Below, piece by piece: positions 23,921 through 36,533 of a DNA stretch of 64,000 bases. The position numbers and the translations under genes were made by a program. How positions within the stretch are numbered: the first letter of the stretch is position 1; each line of letters starts with the position of its first letter. Origin of the DNA: Callorhinchus milii (Eukaryota); assembly GCF_018977255.1 (NCBI RefSeq), contig NW_024704990.1:1-64000 (forward strand), written 5' to 3'. A model generated the notes under the pieces. That model was given only the letters and a program-made list of their open reading frames with translations. It made no database searches and was not told the origin of the DNA.

Positions 23921-26327
23921 TTACTTAAAGCCAATAAGTGTTAAAGGATATTTAACCACATTCTTCAGATCCTCTCTAAACTTGGTTTGGGTCACCGCAT
24001 ATATACATGTGTTAGTACAGGAACATAAAAGTTGAAGCTTAAATCCCGTCTGTTGGAAGATGTATCGAGAGTTATTCACTGATGCTTCATAATTATAATT
24101 GGTAATTTTCCATTTCAATGAGTAGATAATAGTGGTAATCCATAACAATAGAAAACTGGCCGATATAGCAAATAGTAAAGTTATGGATTTTCTTCGCTTT
24201 TCCATCTCTGGATCATTCTGGTTAGTCCCATTTTTATTGACCCGTATTCTCCTGCGGACCCTGCTGGCTGTTAAAATGTGTCTGATGGTTAACGCATTGA
24301 AGAGAAAATCAAAAGAAAAACAGCAATAGGAGTAAAAGTTCGGTTAAACCATCCAAACGCTCTCCATATTGGTGAAGTATATGTGCTGGGTTTTCCAGTG
24401 CAGTAAAATGGTACATGGTTAATTATTATAACGGGAGAAAACACAAAGTACCAGGGAATGCTTTGAACACAGCTCATCACACAGACCATTGTTATCACCA
24501 AATAGGCAGTTGTCACAGTGCAATATGTAGTTTTAAACTTCTGACAACAAATAGCCACAAAACGGTCGAAGGTGAAAACGACAGTAAGCCACGCAGAACA
24601 CTTTGTGGCCGTAGCCATCAAAACAACTCTGAGACTGCACACGGGCGTATAGAACAAGAAACTATTGGGAAATAAAAACTATTAATTCGATTCAATATTA
24701 CATCCGTGATAATGACCATCAGATCCGCCGCCGCCATGGATCCCAGGTAAAGAGTGACGCCTTTGGCGAGACCACAATTTCCACGGGAAAGGATCAGCAT
24801 CGCCATCAAGTTAACTGCAAGAAAATAGGAAAAGAAAAATTAAAGCAAGAATCCTTATACTTGGTACAGTGGTTCATATCATAGAACATCAATTGGATTA
24901 TTTTTGCTGGCGAACGATACAGACAATTTCCAACAGCTTCCAAAAGGTTCATCCCAAATCACTGAATATGCTTTTCTTTCAGTGATAAAAAGTAAATTGC
25001 CTTTGTGCAGCGCTATAATTTAATGTTGAGTAATATTTACCTTTTATGTAACGTCTAAATATGCTGGAGTTCCTCAAAATGCTTTAGAAACTTTTCGGTG
25101 AATGCACAACGAACGTGTATGAGTGATAGTAACAATGTTTGCATTTGAAAAAGCAATTCATCACATTGTTTAGACATCTGAATTGCTTCACGGAAAAAAA
25201 NTTGTAAACGATTTTTCTGTTAGCTTATTGGGCAAAACAGCACAGGTGAAGAAAACTGACAATTCACACAGAAAAAAAAACATAATCAACCATGAACTAA
25301 ATGACATGATTCTTTGAAAATGTTGCTTCCCAGAATTAACTCCCTTCTCTTTCCAATGTCCAGTTTAAAAGGCAGATGGGACCTCCTTTCAAAATTTGAA
25401 ATAAACGTTGACATCCCTGACACTGCAACTCTTCCCAAAATAATAAATTCAACCCTGAATATGAGGCCAAAGTCCTGACATGTAGCTTGAACTGAAGACG
25501 ACCTTCCGACTCAGAAGTGAGAGTGTATTTTGACAAGTTGTTTCTTTGACGCAGCAGAAATCCTACTAAGATTTCCACATCTAGCCCACATGCACAGCGA
25601 TTTCTAAGTGCCTGGAATACATTGCACAAACTCTCCATTTATGTTTACACCATTGCGTGTCTCTCACGATGATACGGTGTGGGCAGTGTCTAGAAGAGCT
25701 TTTAAGGAGTGTTGATCAGTGTGCTTTGTGGAGTAGTAATGGAACTTTATCAACTGAAACGGCACTACTTGCAATTCAATACTACTATCTGGCCAGCTTT
25801 TCCGCTGTCTCTCCCGTTAGGACAGTCCTAACCGTTAGGCTTTTGGCTTTCAGCGTCAGCAGGAGTTGAGAGTGAAAAATCGCTTTTGCCAATGCCACTC
25901 CAGGTCCAACCGATGAGCCAGACCAGCTGGTCTACTACCATCGTTATCCAGCAGTACGATATCCCTGATGAACGAGACTGAGAAACCAGGCTCAGCTGCT
26001 CGACCTGAAAGAGTGCCAGTGGACAGACTGGGATCTGAATTTGTTTCGCCAGCATTTCACTTTGGAACCAGTTCAGTTAATGGAAACCCCAATTACTTTG
26101 CGCCCACCCACCACGAATAATTTGGTACTGCCAAATGAAAATTCTTCCCACTTGGCAACTGTTAACACTGAAAGATGCATAAACTCGGGCTACAAAATCA
26201 TTAACAGACGCAGCGAGACGGCGATGTATATAATCATTAATATGTAAGAAATCTTACCAGGAACACCAAGTATTGCAAGGATGGGGTAGTAAATTGCCTC
26301 CACGTCATAAATGGTTAAATATGCCAT
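23921..26327 (-). pseudogene. GPR139/GPR142-like class A GPCR pseudogene, two exons (26258-26327 and 23921-24814)
   Basis: Exon 1 MAYLTIYDVEAIYYPILAILGVP|gtaag. Exon 2 (V)NLMAMLILSRGNCG...AAADL...TFDRFVAICCQK...DPEMEKRRKSITLLF...TNTCIYAVTQTKFREDL. Frameshifts near 24665 and 24300. Confidence 0.88.
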
Positions 26328-27589
26328 CTTTTTCAATAGATAAGACTTTGTACTTTCCTCCTCCAGGATGGCGACTAGGAACAGAATGAAACGGCAGCCT
26401 CATCAGAAGTTATTTATAATAACGGCAATCCACTAGGGAAGAAATAATTGCAACACACACTGATGCCAATTTACAGTCATTAAACAAACATATTGCATTC
26501 AAATCAGCTCTCTGATATTTGACAAATAACATCTGTAAATGTAAACTGGAGACGGAGTTTTCTGATGGTTGACAAAGAAATAGCTTCAGAAACATCAGTT
26601 TTTATTCACGAAAAACTGTGGTAGATTTTAGGAGTAAAATATATTATTTACATTTGCGGGTGTGAAGGAAAATTTCATATGTGCTTCTGGAGAGAAATAG
26701 TTAAGTACATGAATGAGAGACGCTTCTCTGAGTATGAGGATACGCCAGGGCTCAAGTAATCAAAGATGACCAGGTCGGGGCTAACTTGTTGCTACAATCG
26801 AAAGAATATTACAGAATAGCATGGGAAAATTTTAGCACAATACAATATAATATTCAAGGACAATTAATTGGAGCGGGAAAGAGGGGATCCTTAATACAAG
26901 CATGTGAACAAAAAATCTGGAACATAAAGACTTCAAGGCCGAAGAAGACCAAGGTCTATTCAGTTTGTCTTCCACTATTCTGGCAGTCGATGATATGTCG
27001 GACCCCACACCATATGTTGTATCCCGAGATATTATTTCCTGAAATCAACCTATCTTAGTGGCTCAGGTGCTTGATTATGGAGACTACCGCAGAAGTTAGA
27101 TTCTGTTGTGAAACATGTCATCTTGGGGCCAGTTCAGAGAAGACCCCACTTATCCCACCCAGGAGAAATTTCATTAGTTGGTAGCAGTCCATTAAATTGG
27201 AATGGATCAGGCGCCTTTATGAGATATTTAGACATTTGAGACGTTCACGATTTTTTTTTCATGAAACCTTTCGCGTGCAAAGCAGATTTCATGTCACTTT
27301 GTTTCTGTGTATGGAAGGGAGCAGCATGATTGTAGTCTGACTTCTCTAAGAAAAATATATTTCAAGGAGATAGGAATGGGCCATTTGGATCCGCTTTCTT
27401 GAGATAGATTTCGATGCCATCAGCATAAATATGCAGTGTCCCTATTCCGCAAATGAGATCACCATGAATAAAATAGAAAAAATGAGCGAGTCCAGAATAA
27501 AGCATTCAGGTAAACCACAGCTGAACATGTAGGGGCGACAGGAGAAACTACTGAAGGAGTTGAATTGATTCAGTGGCCAAATAAGAGCA

Positions 27590-28835
27590 AATATAACTAA
27601 TACGAAAGTTTTCAGCGGCGACATCAAGATGGGGAAGGAAAGGGAAAAAAGGAGGAATAGGAAGCGTGTTCTAGAATTTTATTGAATGTTGGCCACCAAT
27701 GATGGAACGGAGAGTACGACGGACATGCACAAGTCTGGAGCCAGTCGATCAGACGCAGCGTGTTGTGGTTTGGGGTCCAGCAGGTCAGCGATAGGGAGGT
27801 GTCATCGTGTGAAGGGATTTGAAAACGTGCGTGGGGATGTTGAAACCAACCCATTAGTTTTGGGGAAACATTGGAGATTGTACAGAACAGTCATGGGGGT
27901 GCAGAGTTTAGCATACGTGAACTTGATGATGGTCGTGCTTGGATCATTTGAAAGGTGTAAATGGTGGAAATGGGGAGACTGACAAATTGGTCAGTTAGGA
28001 AGTTAATTCGGGAGGTGACGAAAGCACAGACGAATTCACCGGCTGAATCAATGGTAAGGTACCGTTTGAGTAGGGCAATGTGGCGGAGGAAGAATTTGGT
28101 GGTCCAAATTATGGACCGCATGTGTCTAACGAAGGAAAATCCTGAGTTGATATTGAAGCCAAAGTTGAGCACTGGTTCGATAAATCTATGGGGTAGTGCG
28201 GGGAGGTTCATGAGGTCAGAGCCACAGGATGGAAGTTGTTAATCGGATTAAATGAGTTTTGCATACAGCCAACTAACATTTTGTTGGAAAAAGTGTCCGC
28301 TCATCCAGATTCTGATGTCCGCCAGACATTCCAAGAGAATATTGGCAAATCTGGAATCACAACTGGAGGAGGAGAAATAGATTAGTGTGTCATCTACTTA
28401 CATGTGGAAGTTTACACCATGGAATGCGGATGACATCGCCAAGAGGGAACTTATAGGTAAATTTGAGGAGGGTATAATAGATGTAAACTTTTGGTACACG
28501 AAGGTGGACAGATCGAGGTGCAGAGAACAAGCGAATGCGGTTAGTTAGGTAGGATACGAAACAGACTAGTGCGATCCCACTGAGATGGACGATTGAATAG
28601 AAGTGACGGATTAGGATGGTGTGGTCGACTGTGTCCAGAGAGATCTAGAAGAACACGGAGAAAAAGGGAACTCAGAAAGAGAGGACGCAGTTTGTGACCT
28701 TGACCATCTCTGTGCAATGGATAGGGTGGAAACTCCTCACGGGTGGCGAGGAGTGTGTGGAGGGAGAGCTGCGAAAAATGCTTGTTAGCAGCAACGCATA
28801 CCAGACCTTTGGCATGAAAGGGTAGGATTGAAATG
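27590..28835 (-). mobile_element. Old, degraded L2-type RT fragment
   Basis: Translated pieces FFLRHIALLKRYLT...FVCAFVTSRIN parallel L2 [15 protein letters not shown]...[11 protein letters not shown]. Confidence 0.6.
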
Positions 28836-29564
28836 TATCAGTAGTGTGTGTGTTTCGATCCCATCACAACAGTCTTCGCCACGCACCTTTTGCTTCCTTT
28901 CAGATAAAGCAAACTTCGGACTCCCATCACATAATGTATCGCCAGGCTCCACTGGCTCCCTATCACACGCAATAAACTATGTATCCCCATCACCCATGCC
29001 TCGCTAAGCACCAATATTTCCCTTTTAGCGCCTTGGGACGTCCAGTCGACGCGAAAGGCTTCATACAAAAGTAATGCTGTATCATGTTGTATTATAAACA
29101 ACAAACTGCATATCACCATTTCCTCACCAGGCTCCACTGGCTCCGATTCAAGCACTCCAGGTATTATACCCCATTCAAAACAGTCCAAGCCTGATTCCAC
29201 TTTCTCCCTTTCATTGAACGACTCGATTTTAAGATCCTTACAATGATTTTCAAATTCCTTCTTGCCGGGTTACCTCCATACCTCTTCAACCGGCTGACAC
29301 GATAACCCACGATTCATTGTCTCCGATCCACTGGCTCAATCATCCAGCTTCACGTTTTTGCCCGCTGTTCCAGCATCAGTGGCCATAATTTTAGCCACAG
29401 TATCCCTAGAATCTGAAACAATCTTCGTCCGTCACTCCGAATTTCCCTTGATATAGTAGTAATCTCGTCTTTGAGCGCTTCAATAACATTTTCTGTAAAA
29501 TTAGTTGACTACATATTTTGATGGCGAAAAGCGGCTCCAATTTCGCACAGCAGTGCATTGAGGG

Positions 29565-29770
29565 ACCAAATTATTGTTAATTTCAAGGGATATTTACCCT
29601 TTAGAAAGGCGACCTCCATTCGATTAACAAATGGGTTTCTGCTTACTGTTAGGTACACAAGCGGGTGGAGTAAGGAAACTTGCCTAACATTTCGCCCTGC
29701 CAGGTATCTGAGATGCCCAGGTCCTCTAGCTTGAGGAGCGAGTGCTCTATCCACTAAGTTGCACGACTCC
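29565..29770 (-). mobile_element. Degraded SINE, 5' part
   Basis: GTGGAGTAAGGAAACTTGCC...GCGAGTGCTCTATCCACTAAGTTGCACGACTCC is the reverse complement of the SINE head. Confidence 0.65.
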
Positions 29771-30060
29771 ATAAAACGATGACAGATAATGACTCTGATG
29801 AAGAACCGATTGCATTTATACACGCTTAACCATTTGAGACAAAATTGTTGGAACACTATAAAAAAAGCCTGTCAAATATAGTACAATATTAAACCTTTAA
29901 ACTAAGAATTTGGAATCAATAATAAAATAAATTTATATAGCGCATTTCAATCCCAAAGCCGTGGACGTTGAGTGAATTGCAATGTGGAAAATGATACGAG
30001 TCAATTCAGTAATGTCTATCTATCACATTGATAGATGTTGTAGCTTGATAAATTGCCAAG

Positions 30061-30905
30061 GTAATTTGCTGGCGATTGTGGTCCTGTCCAGAGGAAAGTG
30101 TGGAATTTCAAACTGCATCACTCACTTACCCGATAGCCTTCGCAACCGCAGATCTCCTGGTTGTGCTAATGGATATATTGGAAAACAAAATTGTTAGACT
30201 TTATTTCCTCTCAAGGTTTCTATCCTACACTACAGTGTGCAGTGTGAGAGATGTGTTGCAGACTGCAGCTGGCTATGTTCTATGTGGTTCACTGTGGTTT
30301 TCAATTTCGATTGTCTCTCAGACATTTGCTGCGAGAAATTGAAAATAATATGTCGTACGTAGAGGTCGGCAACAGTGGTGATTTCAAGGCTCTTGTTTCC
30401 AGCTGCTCACTCAGCATTGCCTCTTATTTTGATTTTCACCTTTGCATAAAAAATGATCATATTCCGTGGTATTTCGTCGTGAAAACAGGCTTTTACAATT
30501 TTCTCATCTGGAAAGGATGTGAAAAGCTTACGGGTACTTTTATCCTCGTGGTTGATTTTGTTTAAATTTGCCTGTTCAACGCCCTGTTTTTCAAGCAAAC
30601 TATGATGGCCAGTGAAGCCCGCAGGAGGCTTCAGGTTCAGGGATGATGTTTATTATATATTCCTTGATATGGCAATGCTCCATCGTTTTACTCATCACCG
30701 TAGCCGGCAATTATTTACTGCTGTGGATTATGTTTATTGTATATTCTTTAATACAGAAGCTCCCCAACTGTAGCTACCAGAAATGTTTGTGATAAAAACG
30801 CAAACTATTGTCACAGAAATCGCAATCATACTTCAAAGGTTGAGTTACTGTACCACTGCGTGTTTATTTATATGTTGAAACCGAGCGAGTTCGGAGAGGA
30901 GCTAA
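30061..30905 (+). pseudogene. Heavily degraded GPR139-like GPCR pseudogene (main exon)
   Basis: ag|GT AAT TTG: NLLAIVVLSRGKCGISNCIT, then in shifted frames IAFATADLLVVLMDI, and a C-terminal ...EFGEEL-like segment. Multiple frameshifts; exon 1 not found. Confidence 0.75.
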
Positions 30906-30949
30906 TGATAGAATTTACACTTTTTGTGTAAAGTTGGAATCATAATGGA

Positions 30950-31476
30950 TGTTGCGAACGGGTTAACTTTTAAGATAAGTGCGTTGTGGGCAGCGGGACT
31001 GAAACTCCCTGCACTTCCACGAGATAACGGACTGTCTCAAGGACATTGTGTATGTGTGCTGAGGCACGTATACCCCATGAGATGTTCACCTGAACCCAGC
31101 ATGATTTTGACCAGGTGATCTAATATCCGCACCCTGATTGGATGAACATTGGTATAAGAGTTCCGATAACTTTGTGTACTGGGCCGTCTCGGGTCGCGGA
31201 GACAAAGATACGGGAGATGGAGCCGTCCCGGGTCGCGGAGACAAGGCTACGGAGATGGAAGACTGAGAGCTGGAAACAGTAAGACTGAGGATATCAGATG
31301 GAAGATTGAAAGTTGTAAGCAAGAAGACTGAAAGCATGAAGAATCAAGCTTGTGTGCTGTAAAGACACAGGGTTGAACTCCTGAACTCGAGATATCTATA
31401 GTGGTGTTATTCTGTTATGAGATCTGTTGATTGTACCGGCGTTTGGTTTGACCCATTGGGATATTGGGGAATAACG
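30950..31476 (+). mobile_element. Possible solo LTR
   Basis: Starts TGTTGC and ends GAATAAC(G). Contains two reverse CCAAT boxes (GATTGG, CATTGG) before TATAAGA at about 31153, and an internal ~42-bp tandem duplication. No target-site duplication found. Confidence 0.35.
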
Positions 31477-32628
31477 AACGAATATTTATGAAACAGTCTG
31501 ATATCTGGTTAGCGGAATTGGCGTTATTTCCTGCAGATTTGGCTGATTTTATTTTCTAACACTAAGAAACGTAACTCAATATCCATTCATATATTTTTTT
31601 AATTTATTCGCATTACACAACTAATTCCAGACGGCCTCATTCGCTTGACCTGTAAGGCAGACCAGTAACTTGGGGCAGGAAGACATCCCACTCAGCGCCT
31701 GTTAAGCAAGCAAGCCATGGTCCACACTAACAGGACATTCTGCATGAGTCCCTGCAACCTGGCTTTCGCCCACTGTAATAAGTCTTTCCTGATCCAAAGC
31801 ACCAATAATAATAGTAATACTAATAATCCTCGCATTTCATATTGCGCTTTTCACGACTGCTAGGCGTCTCAAAGCGCTTCACAGAATAAGCTGTAAAGCG
31901 AATTGACTCTACATTTTTGGGCGTGACATTCTCTCCATCTTTCAGTTCACTTTGTTTCCTGTTTCTCATCCATCTCTCTGCCGCCTTGGATAGCGCTGAA
32001 TAGACAATCCTTCCCCACCACTCACTTACAGATCCTTGATTCTGTCCTATTCTCGTCTCACGATTTTCGCTCTCATCTCACCTATCCACGTTGGCTCTCA
32101 AAATGTGTTCTCCACTCGACCTCGCACAGGCAAAAGTGCTCTTCCATAGGGCCCTATTCTCAATTTTCTCCTCTTTCTCTATGTTTGCTCTAACAGCGAC
32201 GTCATGTGTAAGCACTGGGTTCACTTACACATGTCAATGGTATGATTCCTTCAAACAGTGCGGGGCTTGAACCACTGTCACTGCTCTCGCATCTGACTCA
32301 GGCTGAAAAACAAGGCTAGAGAAGAAGTCAAGGCGATAAGAGAGTATGCAGATGAGAAGTACAAAATGATACTAGAAATGAGTGGTTTGGCCTATGCGAC
32401 TGTAGGAAGTGGGACATATTTCGTTAGAACAAATAAGATACGCGGTGACCTGATAGACGTCTTCGAAATGAATAAGGGATTTTGATTTAGTTCCACTACA
32501 ACACATTCCCTTTATCAGCTCAAACGTTTTCTCCACCCATCCACGCCAGGTCAACTGTGGTATACCTTAGGCCTCCAACCTTGTACACCTCCTCTTCCTC
32601 ATCTACATGCTCCATATTGGCTGCACCT

Positions 32629-33237
32629 GACTATGGGAACTCTCTCCTCGCCGGCCTTCCCGCCACCTCCCTCCACAAGCTTCAGGTCATTCAGAACTCT
32701 GCAGCTCGTGTACTGTCCCGCACCAGGCTTCGGGACCACATCACTCCCACCCTCGCTCGCCTCCACTGGCTCCCCATCCCCCAGAGGATTGATTTCAAGA
32801 TCCTCATCCTCACCTACAAGGCCATTCACGGCCTTGCTCCCTCCTACCTCTCCGACCTACTACCCCCCTACCTACCTGCCCGTACCCTCCGTTCCTCTGG
32901 CTCCGGTCTGCTCCACGTCCCCCGCCCCAACCGCCCTACTATCGGTGGTCGGGCCTTCAGCCTCTCAGCCCCCAGGCTCTGGGACTCTATCCCCCAGTGC
33001 CTTCGCCGCTTCCTCCCTTTCCTCCTTCAAGGCCGGTCTCAAAATCTTTCTCTTTGACCGAGCCTTCAGCTCCCCTCTCGACTCTCTTCCCCCTCCTCGC
33101 TCCCTCCCTTCCCTCCCCTCACCCTGACCATTTCCCCCCCCTGCTCGGGTCATGACCCAACTGTGCAGCGCCTTGGGACGTCCTCCTGACGTGAAAGGCA
33201 CTTTATAAATGGAATCTTGTTGTTGTTGTTGTTGTTG
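32629..33237 (+). mobile_element. 5'-truncated L2 LINE, 3' end
   Basis: Encodes [29 protein letters not shown]...[15 protein letters not shown]; ends in the stem-loop and (GTT)n tail. Confidence 0.92.
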
Positions 33238-33369
33238 CACCTTTTGCTGACATGAGGTAAATTACCACATGTATGTGCACGAGACACATATCTACATCTC
33301 CTCCAGCTGTGACTCCAGGTCCGTCGATGCTCTCCCAGTTTGTCTGCGAGGCACCATGGCCTGGAAGAG

Positions 33370-34160
33370 CGAAAACTTCCTACAAATCAATGTTGACAAG
33401 AAGTAAGCCATACTCGTTGATTACTGTAAACATCTCCTGTCCTGCGGCTCTGAACGACTCCTCGGTCTAGCATTCAAACCGCATTTCTGAACCAATGCGC
33501 AACTCAGGAATCAGTTTCAACACACAGCTGTCATTCCTTCACAGCATAGAGGACGGAATGATCCCACCTCCGCCACATTACTTGCCTACCACTATACCTT
33601 ACGACAGAAAAAGCCAAAATAATTGGTCATGCGTTGATCACCTTCAGAATGTACTTCTGAAATGCCATCTATGCAACTCTCCTCAACTTCATTTTAGACA
33701 AAGCCGCCAAGGCTGTAAGATAGTGAAAATGTTACAGGATCCAGCTGGTTGAAAATCGCCCGCATACCCACCTGTATTGAACGTCACAGCCCCACCAAAC
33801 TAGTATTAGACAGACTCCACTGGTTCCCTATCGCCGAGCGGATCGATTTCAAGATCCTTACACTCCTTTCCAAATCCCTGCATGCCCTGGCACATCCCTA
33901 TCTCTCCGACCTGCTTACCGCTCTAACCACAACCGGCTTCCTCTTCTCGAATGGCTCCAACATTCTGCATGTCCCTCGTACAATCCGTTCCACCACTGGG
34001 GGCCCTGCTTTCAACCGTAGGCCCCAAATCTAAGAAATAATCTTCCTGTGTCACTCCGCCGTGTGCCTTCCTACCCCATCTTTAGTTCGTGCCTAAACAC
34101 TTAGGACTGTGCATACGCTCCACCAGGCTCCCCCATCTCCGTGAGTGAGGTTCGCTGTAT
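33370..34160 (+). mobile_element. Older L2 3' fragments
   Basis: Encodes LDRLHWFPIAERIDFKILTL...LHVPRTIRSTTGGPAF. Confidence 0.65.
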
Positions 34161-35099
34161 AAATGCATAAATGTATAAATGCATGTTGCGCTTGTTAGTA
34201 CAGATTCAGTACAGCATTGTAGATTGTACAGATGGAAGAACGACAGTTTCTTGGTTCATTGGGACTTGCTGCTAGTTACACTAAACTCATATCTTTTCAA
34301 ACTGCGATAAATATTATGCCTTGTCAGCCTTCCTCAGTGATAACACTCTCGTGTCTGAAGCAAAAAGTTGTGGTTTCAAGTTCCAGTCGGGTGCTTTAAT
34401 CATACAGCCGTAGGTGACACCATAATGAAGTGCTGGGAATGATTGAATGAATGCAGGGCTTCATTGTCAGAGAAAGCAAAAGACCACAGGGATTGAACCG
34501 ACAAGTCTCTGTATTAGAAAATAACGGCTACCAGGTGAGCCAGACTGACACGATAAATGTAGTTTAGGGTAGTTTCGAATTGCTCAAACAATTCTAAGAA
34601 GTTATACAGCATTGTACCTGCAACTAAATTCCTGTAGCTGAGTTGATATAACTCTCTCCTCGCTATCTAAAAGATCGACGTTTAATTCAAGGGCATGACA
34701 AAACCTCAGGCATGTTTCCTTACTCCGCACACCTCCGTTTTCCAAGCATTAAGAGAGCTTTCCAGGCTGGTTGTAATGGGGGATGGGAGGGAGCGATATT
34801 CGCTTTTTTTACTGTAACTGCTGTCAAGTGATTTGGTTCTTCTCAATCAAGCGATAAGGCGCCATATTGAACACAAGGATTATTAAATTAACAAACACTT
34901 CTGGGCGAGTGCCAAAATTATTGATGAAGAGCTGCGCATGCAGCTGCAAAGAATTATGTAATATCTTCTTTGATATGTTTCCTTATCGCGTTGTTCAGCT
35001 GTCTCAGAGAGTTTCGAGCTTTTATGGAGTATAGTTTCGTGAAGTGCAGAAGAGTGGCAGAGTTTGAGCATGGAACTCTCATTCATTTTCATTCATCCT

Positions 35100-35700
35100 C
35101 AGTCATCACAATATGCCAGCAGCCATCATGTCAACCTTCCCATCTTCCCTCCACATGCTGCAGATTATGTGGATCTCTGCAGCTCGTGTACTCTCTCGCA
35201 CCTCTTTCCGTGACCCCAACACATTCACCCTATGCAGACTCCACTGGGTTCCCATCCCTAAGCATCGCGTTCAAAATTTTTGTGCTCACATTCAATGCTC
35301 TCCATGGTCTTGCCATCTCCTACATCTCCGACCAGCTAACCAACCCCTTGTGAATCTGCCCACTCCTTCTGTTCAGCAGACTCCGGCCTGTTCCATGTCA
35401 CCGCTTTCGGCATGCACCATGTTGGTAGGTCCTTCAGTCACTCTGCCCCCAATCGTAGTCTGATGGTTGAGGATGAATGAAATCCGTTCCACATTCCCTT
35501 CGCCTCGCTCCCTGCTTTCGTTGCTTGAATGCTTGCCTCAAATCCCTCTTCTTCGACCGTGCCTTCGGCCATCCTCCCACCATCTCTTCCCTCCACCCTC
35601 CCTGATCCCAATTGTAGCAAATCACCCAGCTCGAGTCCTAATCCGTGACTGTTCATCGCCTCCGTACGTCCTCCTGAAGTGAAAGGCGCTTTACCTGTCA
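35100..35700 (+). mobile_element. Older L2 3' fragment
   Basis: Encodes [18 protein letters not shown]...RLHWVPI, with a degenerate stem-loop tail (CGTCCTCCTGAAGTGAAAGGCGC). Confidence 0.65.
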
Positions 35701-36533
35701 TCTTGTGGAGAACCAGGGGAAAGGAGGTGAACATGCAAGGTGCAAAGATCAAAAGAAGGGAGAAATGATCAAATAAATTTAATTGCTGAATCCATGGCTG
35801 TTTGTGGGACGTTGCTGTGCGCGAAAATCTTTGCTTGTTTGCCCAAAAAATACGGAGCTACTGTCCAGTATAATGTATCCTGTGAAGCACTCTATGGACA
35901 CCCTCCCGCTGCGAAAGCTGCTTCATCAATTTCAAGCATTATTATCAGTATTATTAATCTTTTTATTGTTATGTGTTGTTCCCGTTTTTATTTCAATTTC
36001 TAGTTTATGTGCAGCGCAATTTAGTTTAAGAAAGGGATAATTTTTTTCCCTTACTTTCTGTGACACAACTTGGTGTGATTCGAGAACTGACTCCTCAGTA
36101 TTTTAAGTGAGTTGGTGTTTGGGTATGTGCAATAAGCTCCACAGTGTTTTTGATTTGAGCAGTTATAAGCTTAGCAGCTCAATTGGTCACGTATATAAAA
36201 AGGAAAGCCACAAAGTTTCGCGCATTTGAGACATTTTCCAAGAGACGTCAGATTTTCAAATACCTGTGGAATAAAATAATGTAAAATTATTAATTTTGTT
36301 TTCCTTATTTTCATTTTCTGTTGCACTGATTGAAACGTCATATGTCACAGATTAAGGCTCAGTAATTGAATTGTTCAACAGATTGTCACTAATTGCAGCT
36401 TGTGAGACTTGCACATCTCACTGGGAAGTCTTCCAGCACTTTAAATAAAGCATTGTTAAGCCGTCTGACTGACACACTGTTGATTGGATCCCGTGCGGCC
36501 TGCACCAGCATTTCTGTTTGTTTCTCACAGACA

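Noticed and set aside
24860-24955. Short - strand ATG frame as exon 1 of the first GPCR
   Set aside because: It lacks the YYPILA motif and would leave an intron of only about 45 nt. The proper exon 1 is at 26258-26327.
25330-26060. Short ORFs in the GPCR intron as a transposase or integrase relic
   Set aside because: No motif I could recognise; a profile search would be needed.
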